DNA of 64,000 bases from an uncultured delta proteobacterium. Its GTDB lineage: Bacteria > Myxococcota > Myxococcia > Myxococcales > Myxococcaceae. The position numbers and the translations under genes are program-made. The stretch is taken from positions 128,001-192,000 of the forward strand of contig CAVZMH010000003.1 in NCBI GenBank assembly GCA_963776345.1, given 5' to 3'. Shown one piece after another: positions 9,837 to 19,302 of this stretch (its first letter is position 1; each line of letters opens with the position of its first letter). The notes beneath the pieces are model-generated. The model was not told where the DNA came from, searched no databases, and worked only from the letters and a program-made list of their open reading frames with translations.

Positions 9837-12107
9837 ATGCACCAAGGCCGGCGTATCGAGGTCGTAGGCACGGTTCAAGGTGTCGGCTTCCGCCCGTGGG
9901 TGTACCGCATCGCGAGAGAGCTCGGGATCGGGGGGCAGGTCCGGAACGACGTGGGCGGCGTGACGGTGGAGGCGTTCGGCGAGCCGTCCGCGCTCGATGG
10001 CCTGGTGCAGGCGCTGCGGTCCGATCATCCGCCCGCGGCCGAGATCCGCTCGCTGCAGTGGGAGGAGATTCCCGCTCGCGAGACCGACGAGTTCGTCATC
10101 GCCCCGAGCCTGCCGGGCACCGGACGGCGGGTGTCGATCCCCGCCGATCTCGCCACCTGCCCGGCGTGCGTGGAGGAGATCTTCGATCCCGCCAACCGGC
10201 GGTACCGGTACCCCTTCACCAACTGCACCGACTGCGGCCCGCGCTTCACGATCGCCCGCGACGCCCCCTACGACCGCCCGGTCACCTCCATGGCCGGCTT
10301 CGTCATGTGCGAGGCCTGCCAGCGCGAGTACGACGACCCGGGGGATCGGCGCTTCCACGCCCAGCCGAACGCCTGCCCCCGCTGCGGGCCGCGTCTGCAG
10401 CTCCTCGACTCCACCGGGAAGGACCTCGCCTCGGCCAATCCTCTCGGAGAGGTGGCCGCGGCGCTCCGGGCGGGGAACCTGGTCGCGGTGAAGGGGCTCG
10501 GGGGCTACCACCTCGCGTGCGACGCCACGTCGAGCGAGGCGGTGCGGCTGCTCCGGGAGCGCAAGCGCCGGGACGCCAAGCCGTTCGCGGTGATGGTGCG
10601 GGACCTGAAGGAGGCCCGGAGGCTGGCCACCATCTCCGAGGCCGAGGCCCGCCTGCTCGAGTCGGTGGAGCGGCCCATCGTCCTGGTCCTGCGGAAGCGG
10701 GTGGGGCGGTCGGTGGCGCCCGAGGTCGCGCCGGACAACCCGCTCATCGGCCTGATGCTGCCGTACACGCCACTCCACCACCTCCTGCTGGCGGAGGTGG
10801 ACCGGCCGCTGGTGATGACCTCGGGCAATCTCTCGGACGAGCCCATCGTCTTCGAGGAGGCCGAGGCGCTGAAGAAGCTCCGTGAGGTCGCGGACCTCTT
10901 CCTGACCCACGACCGTCCGATCGTCACCCGCTGCGACGACTCGGTGACCCGGGTGGTGGCGGGCGCGCCGGTCCTTCTCCGGCGCTCGCGCGGCTATGCG
11001 CCCCGGCCCATCCCGCTCGCCCATCCAGTGGCCCGCCCGGTGCTGGCCTGCGGCGCTCAGATGAAGAACACGTTCTGCCTCGCCGCCGGGGACATCGCGG
11101 TGCTCGGGCCCCACGTGGGCGACCTCGATCAGCTCGAGGTCCATCGGTCCTACGAGGAGTCCATCGACCGGATGCAGCGGTTCCTCGGCTGCCGGCCCGA
11201 GGTCATCGCCTACGACCTGCACCCCGACTACGCCTCGACGCGCTACGCGCTGGATCGGCCCGAGACGGTCAAGGTGGCGGTGCAGCACCACCACGCGCAC
11301 GTGGCCAGCGCCATCGCCGAGCACGGCCTGGAGGGTCCGGTCATCGGCGTGGCCTTCGACGGCACGGGCTACGGCACCGACGGCAGCGCCTGGGGAGGGG
11401 AGATCCTCGTCGCCTCGGTGAGCGGGTTCCAGCGCCTCGCCACCCTGCACCCCGTGGCGCTGGCCGGCGGCGAGCGCGCCATCCGCGAGCCGTGGCGAAT
11501 CGGGCTGGCGCTCCTGCTGGACGCCTACGACGGCGATCCGCCCGGGTTGTGGAACTTCCCCGCCATCCCCGAGGACGCCGGGGTGCATGTCCGGCAGGCG
11601 CTGATCCTGGGCATCAACGCCCCGAAGGCGCACGGGATGGGTCGGCTCTTCGACGGCATCGGCGCCCTGGTCCTCGGGCTCGGGAAGGCCCGCTACGAGG
11701 GCGAGGTGGCGCTGGCCTGGAACCTGGCGGCGGACCCCGGGGCGCACGGACGGTATCCGTTCGGCATCGACACCCGCGGATCGGTCCTGGAGCTGGACCT
11801 CCGGCCCATGGTGCGCGCCCTGGTGGAGGAGCACCTGGTGGGCGTGCCGGCCCCCCGGCTCGCGGCGAAGTTCCACGACACCCTCGCCCACGCCACCGCC
11901 ACGCTGGTGGGGCTGGTCCGCGACCGCGCAGGAGACCTCCCGGTCGTCCTGACCGGCGGCTGCTTTCAGAACGCGCGTCTGGCCGAGGGGCTGGCCGCGG
12001 CGCTCGAACCGGAGTGCGAGGTGCACCTCCACCGGCAGGTCCCGCCGGGAGATGGAGGAATCGCGCTGGGTCAGGTGATGGTGGCCGACGCGACCACCCG
12101 CGGTTGA
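9837..12107 (+). CDS. hypF: Carbamoyltransferase HypF
   Basis: GTVQGVGFRP acylphosphatase-like domain, two CxxC-x18-CxxC zinc fingers, VKGLGGYHLACDA, QHHHAH, GDGGIALGQ. SD GGAGGT before ATG 9837. Confidence 0.97.
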   Translation: MHQGRRIEVVGTVQGVGFRPWVYRIARELGIGGQVRNDVGGVTVEAFGEPSALDGLVQALRSDHPPAAEIRSLQWEEIPARETDEFVIAPSLPGTGRRVSIPADLATCPACVEEIFDPANRRYRYPFTNCTDCGPRFTIARDAPYDRPVTSMAGFVMCEACQREYDDPGDRRFHAQPNACPRCGPRLQLLDSTGKDLASANPLGEVAAALRAGNLVAVKGLGGYHLACDATSSEAVRLLRERKRRDAKPFAVMVRDLKEARRLATISEAEARLLESVERPIVLVLRKRVGRSVAPEVAPDNPLIGLMLPYTPLHHLLLAEVDRPLVMTSGNLSDEPIVFEEAEALKKLREVADLFLTHDRPIVTRCDDSVTRVVAGAPVLLRRSRGYAPRPIPLAHPVARPVLACGAQMKNTFCLAAGDIAVLGPHVGDLDQLEVHRSYEESIDRMQRFLGCRPEVIAYDLHPDYASTRYALDRPETVKVAVQHHHAHVASAIAEHGLEGPVIGVAFDGTGYGTDGSAWGGEILVASVSGFQRLATLHPVALAGGERAIREPWRIGLALLLDAYDGDPPGLWNFPAIPEDAGVHVRQALILGINAPKAHGMGRLFDGIGALVLGLGKARYEGEVALAWNLAADPGAHGRYPFGIDTRGSVLELDLRPMVRALVEEHLVGVPAPRLAAKFHDTLAHATATLVGLVRDRAGDLPVVLTGGCFQNARLAEGLAAALEPECEVHLHRQVPPGDGGIALGQVMVADATTRG

Positions 12108-12118
12108 CAGGAGAAGCC

Positions 12119-12406
12119 ATGTGCCTCGGCGTTCCGGGAAGGGTGGTGGAGGTCGACGGGCTCGTCGCCACGGTCGACTTCTGGGGCCTGAGGAAGCAGG
12201 TCCGGCTCGACGTGGTGGACGCTCCCGTGGCGCCCGGTGACTACGTGCTGAACCACGTGGGCTTCGCCATCCGGCGCATCCCGGCCAGCGAGGCCGAGGA
12301 CACGCTCGCCCTGTACTCCGAGCTCCTGGCCAAGGAGGCCCCGGAGGACCTCATGGCCGCGGACGTCCGGGGCGAGCTGGACGCCGCGGACCGGGGCAAG
12401 CGATGA
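12119..12406 (+). CDS. hypC: Hydrogenase maturation chaperone HypC
   Basis: MCLGVPG N-terminus, GDYVLNHVGFAI, SD AGGAG. Confidence 0.95.
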   Translation: MCLGVPGRVVEVDGLVATVDFWGLRKQVRLDVVDAPVAPGDYVLNHVGFAIRRIPASEAEDTLALYSELLAKEAPEDLMAADVRGELDAADRGKR

Positions 12407-13557
12407 GCGGCGTGGCGACCGAGGCGGCCCAGCTCAAGTTTCGCGATCCCGCCGCGGCCCGGGCGCTCGGGGCGGCGCTCGAAAAGGTGACCCGGGAGAT
12501 CGGCCGCGACCCGGTGGCGGTGATGCACGTGTGCGGAAGCCACGAGCAGGCCATCGCCCGGTTCGGGCTGCGGGCGGCGTTCCCGCCGGCGCTGGACGTG
12601 ATCATGGGCCCGGGCTGCCCGGTGTGCATCACCGACGTGCCCGAGGTGGACGAGGGCGTCGCCCTGGCCCGCCAGGGCGTCCGGGTGGCCACCTACGGCG
12701 ACATGCTCCGGGTGCCGGGATCGGCGGGCTCTCTGGCCGACGCCCGTGCCGCGGGGGCGAAGGTGGACATCGTCTACGGAGTCTCCCAGGCGGTGGAGCT
12801 CGCCCGGCAGACCAACGAGGAGGTGGTCTTCTTCGCCACCGGCTTCGAGACCACGGCGGTGGCCACCGCGGCGGAGATCCTCCGCGGGCCGCCGAAGAAC
12901 TTCTCGGTCCTCTCGGCCCACAAGTACATCCCGCCGGTGATGGAGATCGTCGCCGAGATGCCCGGGAGCCGGGTGGAGGGGTTCCTCGCCGCCGGCCATG
13001 CGGCGACCATCACCGGTTTCGCGGTCTTCGAGCCCTTCGTCGAGCGGCACCGGCTGCCGGTGGTGGTGGCGGGGTTCGAGCCGCTGGACATCCTCGCCGG
13101 CCTGCTGCGGCTGGTGGAGCTGATCCGCGACGGCACCCCGAGGGTGGAGAACCTCTACCCCCGCTGCGTGACGCGGGAGGGGAACCTCGCGGCGCAGGAG
13201 CAGCTATGGAAGGTGTTCCGTCCCCTGGGCGGGCGCTGGCGCGGCATCGCCCACGTGCCCAACGGGAACCTCCGCCTTCAAGATTCCTGGGCGCACCTCG
13301 ACGCCCGGCGCCGCTTCGACATCGACGTCAAGGCGCTGTGGGACTTCGCCCCGCCGGCGCTGGTCCAGCGCTGCATCTGTGGCGAGATCATGTCCGGCAT
13401 GCAGTCGCCCACCGCCTGCCCCATGTTCGGCAAGGAGTGCCAGCCGGAGACGCCGGTGGGGGCGTGCATGGTGAGCAGCGAGGGCACCTGCCGCATCTGG
13501 CACCAGTACGGCGGACACCCGCAGCTCGGCCGCGTGGCCGTGGGAGGCACCCCGTGA
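12403..13557 (+). CDS. hypD: Hydrogenase maturation factor HypD
   Basis: HVCGSHE, GPGCPVC, GFETT, C-terminal CICG...CPMFGKEC...GACMVSSEGTC. Confidence 0.97.
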   Translation: MSGVATEAAQLKFRDPAAARALGAALEKVTREIGRDPVAVMHVCGSHEQAIARFGLRAAFPPALDVIMGPGCPVCITDVPEVDEGVALARQGVRVATYGDMLRVPGSAGSLADARAAGAKVDIVYGVSQAVELARQTNEEVVFFATGFETTAVATAAEILRGPPKNFSVLSAHKYIPPVMEIVAEMPGSRVEGFLAAGHAATITGFAVFEPFVERHRLPVVVAGFEPLDILAGLLRLVELIRDGTPRVENLYPRCVTREGNLAAQEQLWKVFRPLGGRWRGIAHVPNGNLRLQDSWAHLDARRRFDIDVKALWDFAPPALVQRCICGEIMSGMQSPTACPMFGKECQPETPVGACMVSSEGTCRIWHQYGGHPQLGRVAVGGTP

Positions 13558-14588
13558 GACCGCAGCTCCCGCTGGGGACGACGGTGAGCCTGAAGCACGG
13601 CGCGGGCGGCCGGGCGATGCGCGCGCTCATCGAGCAGCTCTTCGCCGAGGGCGCCCAGCAGCCCCCCGGCTCGGTGGGCCTCGCCGAGATGGACGACGGC
13701 GCCGCCTTCCCGCTCAAGGACGGCTGGCTGGTGCTCACCACCGACTCGCACATCGTCGCCCCGCGCTTCTTCCCCGGCGGGGACGTGGGACGGCTGTCCA
13801 TCTCCGGAACGGTGAACGACCTGTCGATGATGGGCGCCACCGAGGTCCTCGGGCTGACCTGTGCGGTGGTCATCGAGGACGGCTTCCCCATCCAGGAGCT
13901 GGAGCGCATCCACGCCTCGATGCGGGACACCTCGCGCGAGGCGAATGCCCCCGTCGTCACCGGCGACACCAAGGTGATGGGGCGGGGCGAGCTGGACGGG
14001 CTGGTCCTCAACACCACCGGCGTGGCGTTCACCGACCGGCTGGTGCGCGACAACGGGCTCCGCCCCGGAGACCGCATCGTGGTGACCGGCACCATGGGGG
14101 ACCATGGCTTCGCGGTGCTTGCCGCGCGGCAGAAGCTGGAGCTCCAGGGGAATCTGAAATCCGACGTCGCCCCGCTCAACGGGCTCGTCCGGGAGGTGCT
14201 CCGGGCCGCCGGCGACGGCGTGGTGGCGATGAAGGACCCGACGCGCGGAGGGCTCTCCAGCGCCCTCCACGAGATGGCGGAGAAGAGCGGGGTGGGCATC
14301 CTCCTCGAGGAGCAGGCGGTGCCGCTCTCCGACGAGGTGCGCGCCGCCTCGGAGATCCTCGGCATCGACCCGCTGCACGTGGCCAACGAGGGGAAGGCGG
14401 TGCTCGGCGTCCGCCCCGAGGCGCTGGACCGGGTGATGGCCGCCTTGGACCGGCACCCCCTCGGCCGGCGCGCCGCGGTGGTGGGCACCTGCATCGCCGA
14501 GCAGAAGGGGCGCATCGTGCTCGACACCGGCCTCGGACGGCGGCTCCTCGCCGAGCCCGAGGGCGAGCCGATGCCGCGGATCTGCTGA
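13554..14588 (+). CDS. hypE: Carbamoyl dehydratase HypE
   Basis: HGAGG, TTDSH, GTVNDL, TGDTKV, KDPTRGG, ANEGK, C-terminal PRIC. GTG start overlaps the hypD stop. Confidence 0.97.
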   Translation: MRPQLPLGTTVSLKHGAGGRAMRALIEQLFAEGAQQPPGSVGLAEMDDGAAFPLKDGWLVLTTDSHIVAPRFFPGGDVGRLSISGTVNDLSMMGATEVLGLTCAVVIEDGFPIQELERIHASMRDTSREANAPVVTGDTKVMGRGELDGLVLNTTGVAFTDRLVRDNGLRPGDRIVVTGTMGDHGFAVLAARQKLELQGNLKSDVAPLNGLVREVLRAAGDGVVAMKDPTRGGLSSALHEMAEKSGVGILLEEQAVPLSDEVRAASEILGIDPLHVANEGKAVLGVRPEALDRVMAALDRHPLGRRAAVVGTCIAEQKGRIVLDTGLGRRLLAEPEGEPMPRIC

Positions 14589-14595
14589 GGGGCCC

Positions 14596-15441
14596 GTGGC
14601 CGCGCCGACTCACATCCGGACCGCCGTCGACCGTGGCGTCGGAACCCTCACCATCGACCGGCCGCAGCGCTTCAACTCGCTCGACGTCTCGACCGCGCGT
14701 GACCTCCGGAAGGCCGGCCTGCAGCTGGCGCGCGACCCGGCGGTCCGGGTGGTGGTGCTCCGCGGCGCGCCCGGCATCTTCTGCAGCGGCGCGGACCTCA
14801 AGTACATCCGCGCCGGCGGCGATCCGGCGGAGCTCGGCTACCTGACGCCTGGCGCCCGCCCGGTCCCGCTGGGCCCGGGGGAGATCTTCAAGCAGATCCT
14901 CGAGTACCTCCACGCCACCATCTCGGAGATCCGCCGGGCGCCCAAGCCGTTCATCGCCGCGGTGGACGGGGCGTGCGCCGCCGGAGGGCTCGGGCTCGCG
15001 ATGTCCTGCGACCTGGTCCTCGCCTCCGAGCGGGCCACCTTCGAGTGGGCGTACGCCAAGACGGGCCTCAGCGGCGCCGAGAGCTCGACCTTCTTCGTGC
15101 CCCGGCTGGCGGGGCTGCGCTTCGCCGCCGAGATGCTGCTCCTGAACCCCCGGCTCGATGCGGCAGCGGCGCGGAGCGCAGGCCTGGTGAACCGCGTCTT
15201 TCCGGTCCTGGCCTTCGACGCCGAGGTGGAAGCCGTGGCCCGGGGTGTCGCCGCGGGTCCCGCCGGAGCGTTCGCCGCCGCCAAGCAGCTGTTCAACGAC
15301 GCCGTGGGGGTGGACCGGCTGGACGTGCACCTCGACCGGGAGCTGGAGGCGCTGGTCCGGAGCGCGGACTCGCCGGAGTTCGCCGAGGGCATCGAGGCCT
15401 TCTTCGCCAGGCGGCCTCCGCGCTTTCCGGGAGCGGAGTGA
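14596..15441 (+). CDS. Stand-alone enoyl-CoA hydratase/isomerase (crotonase) fold protein, last gene of the hyp operon; HypX C-domain-like
   Basis: LTIDRPQRFNSL, FCSGADL, PKPFIAAVDGACAAGG, YAKTGLSGAESSTFFVPR. Starts 7 bp after hypE. Confidence 0.9.
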   Translation: MAAPTHIRTAVDRGVGTLTIDRPQRFNSLDVSTARDLRKAGLQLARDPAVRVVVLRGAPGIFCSGADLKYIRAGGDPAELGYLTPGARPVPLGPGEIFKQILEYLHATISEIRRAPKPFIAAVDGACAAGGLGLAMSCDLVLASERATFEWAYAKTGLSGAESSTFFVPRLAGLRFAAEMLLLNPRLDAAAARSAGLVNRVFPVLAFDAEVEAVARGVAAGPAGAFAAAKQLFNDAVGVDRLDVHLDRELEALVRSADSPEFAEGIEAFFARRPPRFPGAE

Positions 15442-15544
15442 CGGGTCGCGCGCGCTGTCCGCCCGGCCGATCGAGACCCGGCAGCAGTGCAGCGCGGCAT
15501 CACCTGAACTGATGCGATGGGTCCGCCCGGAAGTATCCATTCCG

Positions 15545-15636
15545 CGCAAGGGTTGCGTCCCTCCGGGACACTCACGCAGGTCCTGCCCCGCCTCCGCCTG
15601 GCTGTGCTCCGAGACCGACGAGGCTTGTCTCTTGCA
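15545..15636 (+). promoter_or_regulatory. Sigma54 promoter of the hydrogenase structural operon with two CGCA-N5-TGC(G/C) boxes
   Basis: Boxes at 15545-15557 and 15575-15587. -24/-12 AGGCTTGTCTCTTGCA at 15621-15636. Confidence 0.7.
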
Positions 15637-15707
15637 CGCCCCACCGGCGCCGCGGCGTCGAGCCTTCGAGATGAACGCTGGCCGTACGCCCGAGACGGAG
15701 GGCTGTC

Positions 15708-16844
15708 ATGGGGAGTCGCGAAGGCTGGCTGGCCGGAGAGCTCCGGCGCCGCGGAGTCAGTCGCCGGGAGTTGCTCTTGTTCTGCGCCGGGGTGGCGGGC
15801 ACGTTCGGGTTACCTGCCTCCGCTGCGACGCAGATCGCCAACGCGCTCACCAAGGCCAAGAAGCCCATCCTGGTGTGGCTCGAGTTCCAGGACTGCTGCG
15901 GCAACACCGAGTCGTTCCTGCGCTCGAGCGCGCCGACGGTGGCGGAGATCGTCCTCGACCTCCTCAGCGTGGACTACCACGAGACGATCATGGCCGCGGC
16001 GGGCTTCCAGGCCGAGGAGGCGCTGAAGGGCGTGGTGAAGGACAACGCCGGTCAGTTCATCGCGGTGGTGGAGGGGAGCATTCCCACCGGCGCTGACGGC
16101 GCGTACTGCACCATCGGCGGGCGCTCGGCGCTGGACATCGCCCGGGACGTCTGCGGCAAGGCGGCGGCCACCATCGCCGCCGGGACCTGCGCCACGTACG
16201 GCGGGCTCCCGGCCGCGTCGCCGAACCCCACCGGCGCGCTGGGTGTCGCCGACGCGGTCCCCGGGGTGAAGAACCTGATCAACCTCTCGGCCTGTCCGAT
16301 GAACGCCGCGAACCTGACGGCGCTGCTCACCTACTACCTGACCTACAAGCGCTGGCCGCCGCTCGACGGCTTCCGGCGGCCGCTGTTCGCCTACGGGAAG
16401 ACCATCCACGACAACTGCGAGCGCCGGGCGCACTTCGACGCCGGGCAGTACGTGGAGATGTGGGGGGACGACGCGCACCGGTCCGGCGCCTGCCTCTACA
16501 AGATGGGCTGCAAGGGGCCGGTGACCTTCCAGAACTGCCCCACCGTCCGCTGGAACGATGGGACCAACTGGCCCATCGGCTGCGGTCACCCGTGCATCGG
16601 CTGCGCCGAGCCGGACTTCTGGGACAAGATGACGCCTTTCTACAAGCACCTGCCCGCCGTGGCCGGGTTCGGCGCCGGCACGGGCGTAGACACCGTCGGC
16701 GCCTGGCTCACCGTGGGCACCGCGGCGGCGTACGCCGGGCACGGGGTGATCAAAGGCATCCAGAACGCCGGGAAGAAGAAGGAAAACGGCGCCGGTCCTC
16801 CCGGTGACAACGCCCCGGCCGGCAAGGCAGGGGGCGCGTCATGA
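15708..16844 (+). CDS. hyaA: Group 1 [NiFe]-hydrogenase small subunit, Tat-exported
   Basis: Tat motif SRRELL; FeS ligands DCCGN, GTCA, SACP, HDNC, CLYKMGCKGP, NCP, HPCIGC; C-terminal TM anchor. Confidence 0.95.
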   Translation: MGSREGWLAGELRRRGVSRRELLLFCAGVAGTFGLPASAATQIANALTKAKKPILVWLEFQDCCGNTESFLRSSAPTVAEIVLDLLSVDYHETIMAAAGFQAEEALKGVVKDNAGQFIAVVEGSIPTGADGAYCTIGGRSALDIARDVCGKAAATIAAGTCATYGGLPAASPNPTGALGVADAVPGVKNLINLSACPMNAANLTALLTYYLTYKRWPPLDGFRRPLFAYGKTIHDNCERRAHFDAGQYVEMWGDDAHRSGACLYKMGCKGPVTFQNCPTVRWNDGTNWPIGCGHPCIGCAEPDFWDKMTPFYKHLPAVAGFGAGTGVDTVGAWLTVGTAAAYAGHGVIKGIQNAGKKKENGAGPPGDNAPAGKAGGAS

Positions 16845-18538
16845 GTCACGTGGTGGTGGATCCGGTCACCCGGATCGAAGGACATCTCCGGATCGAGGCA
16901 GAGGTCGATGGCGGTCAGGTGCAGGACGCCTGGTCGTCGAGCACGATGTTCAGAGGACTCGAGCTCATCCTCAAGGGTCGCGATCCACGCGACGCCTGGG
17001 CCTTCGCCCAGCGCATCTGCGGGGTGTGCACCACGGTGCACGCCATCGCTTCGATCCGAGCGGTGGAGAACGCGATCGGGGCCAAGCCTCCGCCCAATGC
17101 ACGGGTGCTTCGCAACCTCATCATGGCCTCGCAGTGCATCCAGGACCACGTCATCCACTTCTACCATCTGCACGCGCTGGACTGGGTGGATGTGGTCTCG
17201 GCGCTCAAGGCCGATCCGGAGAAGACCTCGGCACTGGCCCAGTCCATCTCCGACTGGCCGCTCTCCAGCACCAAGTACTTCACCGGGGTGAAGGGCCGGC
17301 TCAAGGACTTCGTGGACCGCGGCCAGCTCGGCCCCTTCGCCAACGCCTACTGGGGACACCCCGCCTACAAGCTGCCGCCGGAGGCCAACCTCATGGCGGT
17401 GGCCCACTACCTCGAGGCCCTGGAGTGGCAGCGCGACTTCATCAAGATGCACGCCTACCTCGGCGGCAAGAACCCCCACCTCCAGTCGTTCCTGGTGGGC
17501 GGCATGGCCACGCCGGTGGATCCCGACAAGCAGGCCTCGATCAACATGGGAACGGTGGCCCACCTCAAGGGGCTCACCGCCAGGGCGCGCGAGTTCGTCT
17601 CCAAGGTCTACCTCCCGGACGTGCTCGCGGTGGCCAGCTTCTACAAGGACTGGGCGGCGGTGGGCGGCGGAGTCGGCAACTACATGGTCTACGGCGAGTA
17701 CCCGGAGAGCGACGACGACAAGCCGACGCTCTTCCTGCCCTCCGGCGTCATCCGCAACAAGAACCTGGGCAAGGTCGAGCCGCTCGACGCGAGCAAGATC
17801 ACCGAGTCGGTGAAGCACAGCTGGTACGAGGACAGCGCGCAGCCGCTCCATCCCCGCGATGGCGAGACCCGGCCCAAGTACACCGGGCCCAAGCCTCCGT
17901 ACGAGCGGCTGGAGACGGCGGCCAAGTACAGCTGGCTGAAGTCGCCCCGCTACGGCGGCGAGCCGATGGAGGTCGGACCGCTCTCGCGGATGCTGGTGGC
18001 CTACGGCTCCGGCCACAAGCGGGTCCAGGAGCTGGTGGGCACGGTGCTCAAGTCGCTGGGGGTCGGCCCGGAGGCGCTCTTCTCGACGCTGGGGCGCATC
18101 GCCGCCCGCTGCGTGGAGACGGTGCTCCTGACGGAGAAGATCGACACCTGGATCGACGCCCTCGCGGCGAACATGGAGAAGGGCGACCTCCGGATCCACG
18201 ACACCGGGAAGTGGGACCCCTCGTCCTGGCCGAAGGAGGCCTTCGGCGCCGGGTTCCACGAGGCGCCCCGCGGCGCGCTCGGCCACTGGGTGCACATCAA
18301 GGACGGGGTCATCGCCAACTACCAGTGCATCGTGCCCAGCACCTGGAACGCCGGACCGCGCGACGGGGCGGAGAAGCGTGGACCCTACGAGGCAGCGCTG
18401 CTCAAGACCCCGGTGTTCGATCCAAAGCAGCCGCTGGAGATCCTCCGAACCGTCCACTCCTTCGACCCCTGCATGGCCTGCGGAGTCCACGTGGTGGACG
18501 TGGAACGGAGGGAACTGGCGAGCGTGAGGACGCCATGA
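16841..18538 (+). CDS. hyaB: Group 1 [NiFe]-hydrogenase large subunit
   Basis: DPVTRIEGHL, L1 motif QRICGVCTTVH, L2 motif SFDPCMACGVH followed by a cleavable tail. Confidence 0.97.
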   Translation: MSHVVVDPVTRIEGHLRIEAEVDGGQVQDAWSSSTMFRGLELILKGRDPRDAWAFAQRICGVCTTVHAIASIRAVENAIGAKPPPNARVLRNLIMASQCIQDHVIHFYHLHALDWVDVVSALKADPEKTSALAQSISDWPLSSTKYFTGVKGRLKDFVDRGQLGPFANAYWGHPAYKLPPEANLMAVAHYLEALEWQRDFIKMHAYLGGKNPHLQSFLVGGMATPVDPDKQASINMGTVAHLKGLTARAREFVSKVYLPDVLAVASFYKDWAAVGGGVGNYMVYGEYPESDDDKPTLFLPSGVIRNKNLGKVEPLDASKITESVKHSWYEDSAQPLHPRDGETRPKYTGPKPPYERLETAAKYSWLKSPRYGGEPMEVGPLSRMLVAYGSGHKRVQELVGTVLKSLGVGPEALFSTLGRIAARCVETVLLTEKIDTWIDALAANMEKGDLRIHDTGKWDPSSWPKEAFGAGFHEAPRGALGHWVHIKDGVIANYQCIVPSTWNAGPRDGAEKRGPYEAALLKTPVFDPKQPLEILRTVHSFDPCMACGVHVVDVERRELASVRTP

Positions 18539-19302
18539 GAGCCATGGCCGCGCATCCGCCGGGGGAGCTCCATCCGGCGGTCAAGGGCACGCGCACCCGG
18601 GTCTACGTCTGGGACCTGGTGGTGCGGAACACACACTGGTTCATCGTCCTGAGCATGGCGATTCTCATCGCCACCGGCCTGTACATCGCCCATCCCTTCG
18701 GTTTCCCCGGGGGGACACCCAGCCCGCACTTCATGATGGGCTGGATACGGGTGGTGCACTTCTACGCCGCCATCTTCTTCACCCTGGCGGTGGTGGTGCG
18801 GATCATCTGGCTCTTCGTCTCGCCGGTGCTCTACGCCCGGTGGACCCAGTTCCTGCCCTGGCCCCGTTACCGGCGGCGCGAGCTGCTCACCACCCTCAAG
18901 TTCTACACCTTCTTCCGCGCCCGGCCGCCCGACGTCATCGGCCACAATCCGCTGGCCGGGCTCGCCTACACCGCGGTGTTCTGTCTCTACCTCCTGATGA
19001 TCGCCACGGGCCTGGCGCTGTACGCGGGCGAGGCCATCCCCGGCGCGTACATGAAGAGCTTCCAGTTCCTCCTCCCCTGGTTCGGAGGCCTGCAGACCGC
19101 CCGGTTCATCCACCACCTGGTGATGTGGGTGCTGATCCTCTTCGTGACGCTGCACCTGTACACCGGCGCGCTCACCTCGGCGCTGGAGGAGAACGGCGAG
19201 GTGGACTCGATCTTCTCCGGTTACAAGTTCGTGCACCACGCCGACGTGGAGAAGGAGCTCGCCGACGAGGCGGCCGAGCACGCGGGACGGCGCCGTGCCT
19301 GA
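18535..19302 (+). CDS. hyaC: Ni/Fe-hydrogenase b-type cytochrome subunit
   Basis: VYVWDLVVRNTHW, RVVHFY, GHNPLA, FIHHLVMW...LHLY, SIFSGYK. Confidence 0.93.
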   Translation: MRAMAAHPPGELHPAVKGTRTRVYVWDLVVRNTHWFIVLSMAILIATGLYIAHPFGFPGGTPSPHFMMGWIRVVHFYAAIFFTLAVVVRIIWLFVSPVLYARWTQFLPWPRYRRRELLTTLKFYTFFRARPPDVIGHNPLAGLAYTAVFCLYLLMIATGLALYAGEAIPGAYMKSFQFLLPWFGGLQTARFIHHLVMWVLILFVTLHLYTGALTSALEENGEVDSIFSGYKFVHHADVEKELADEAAEHAGRRRA

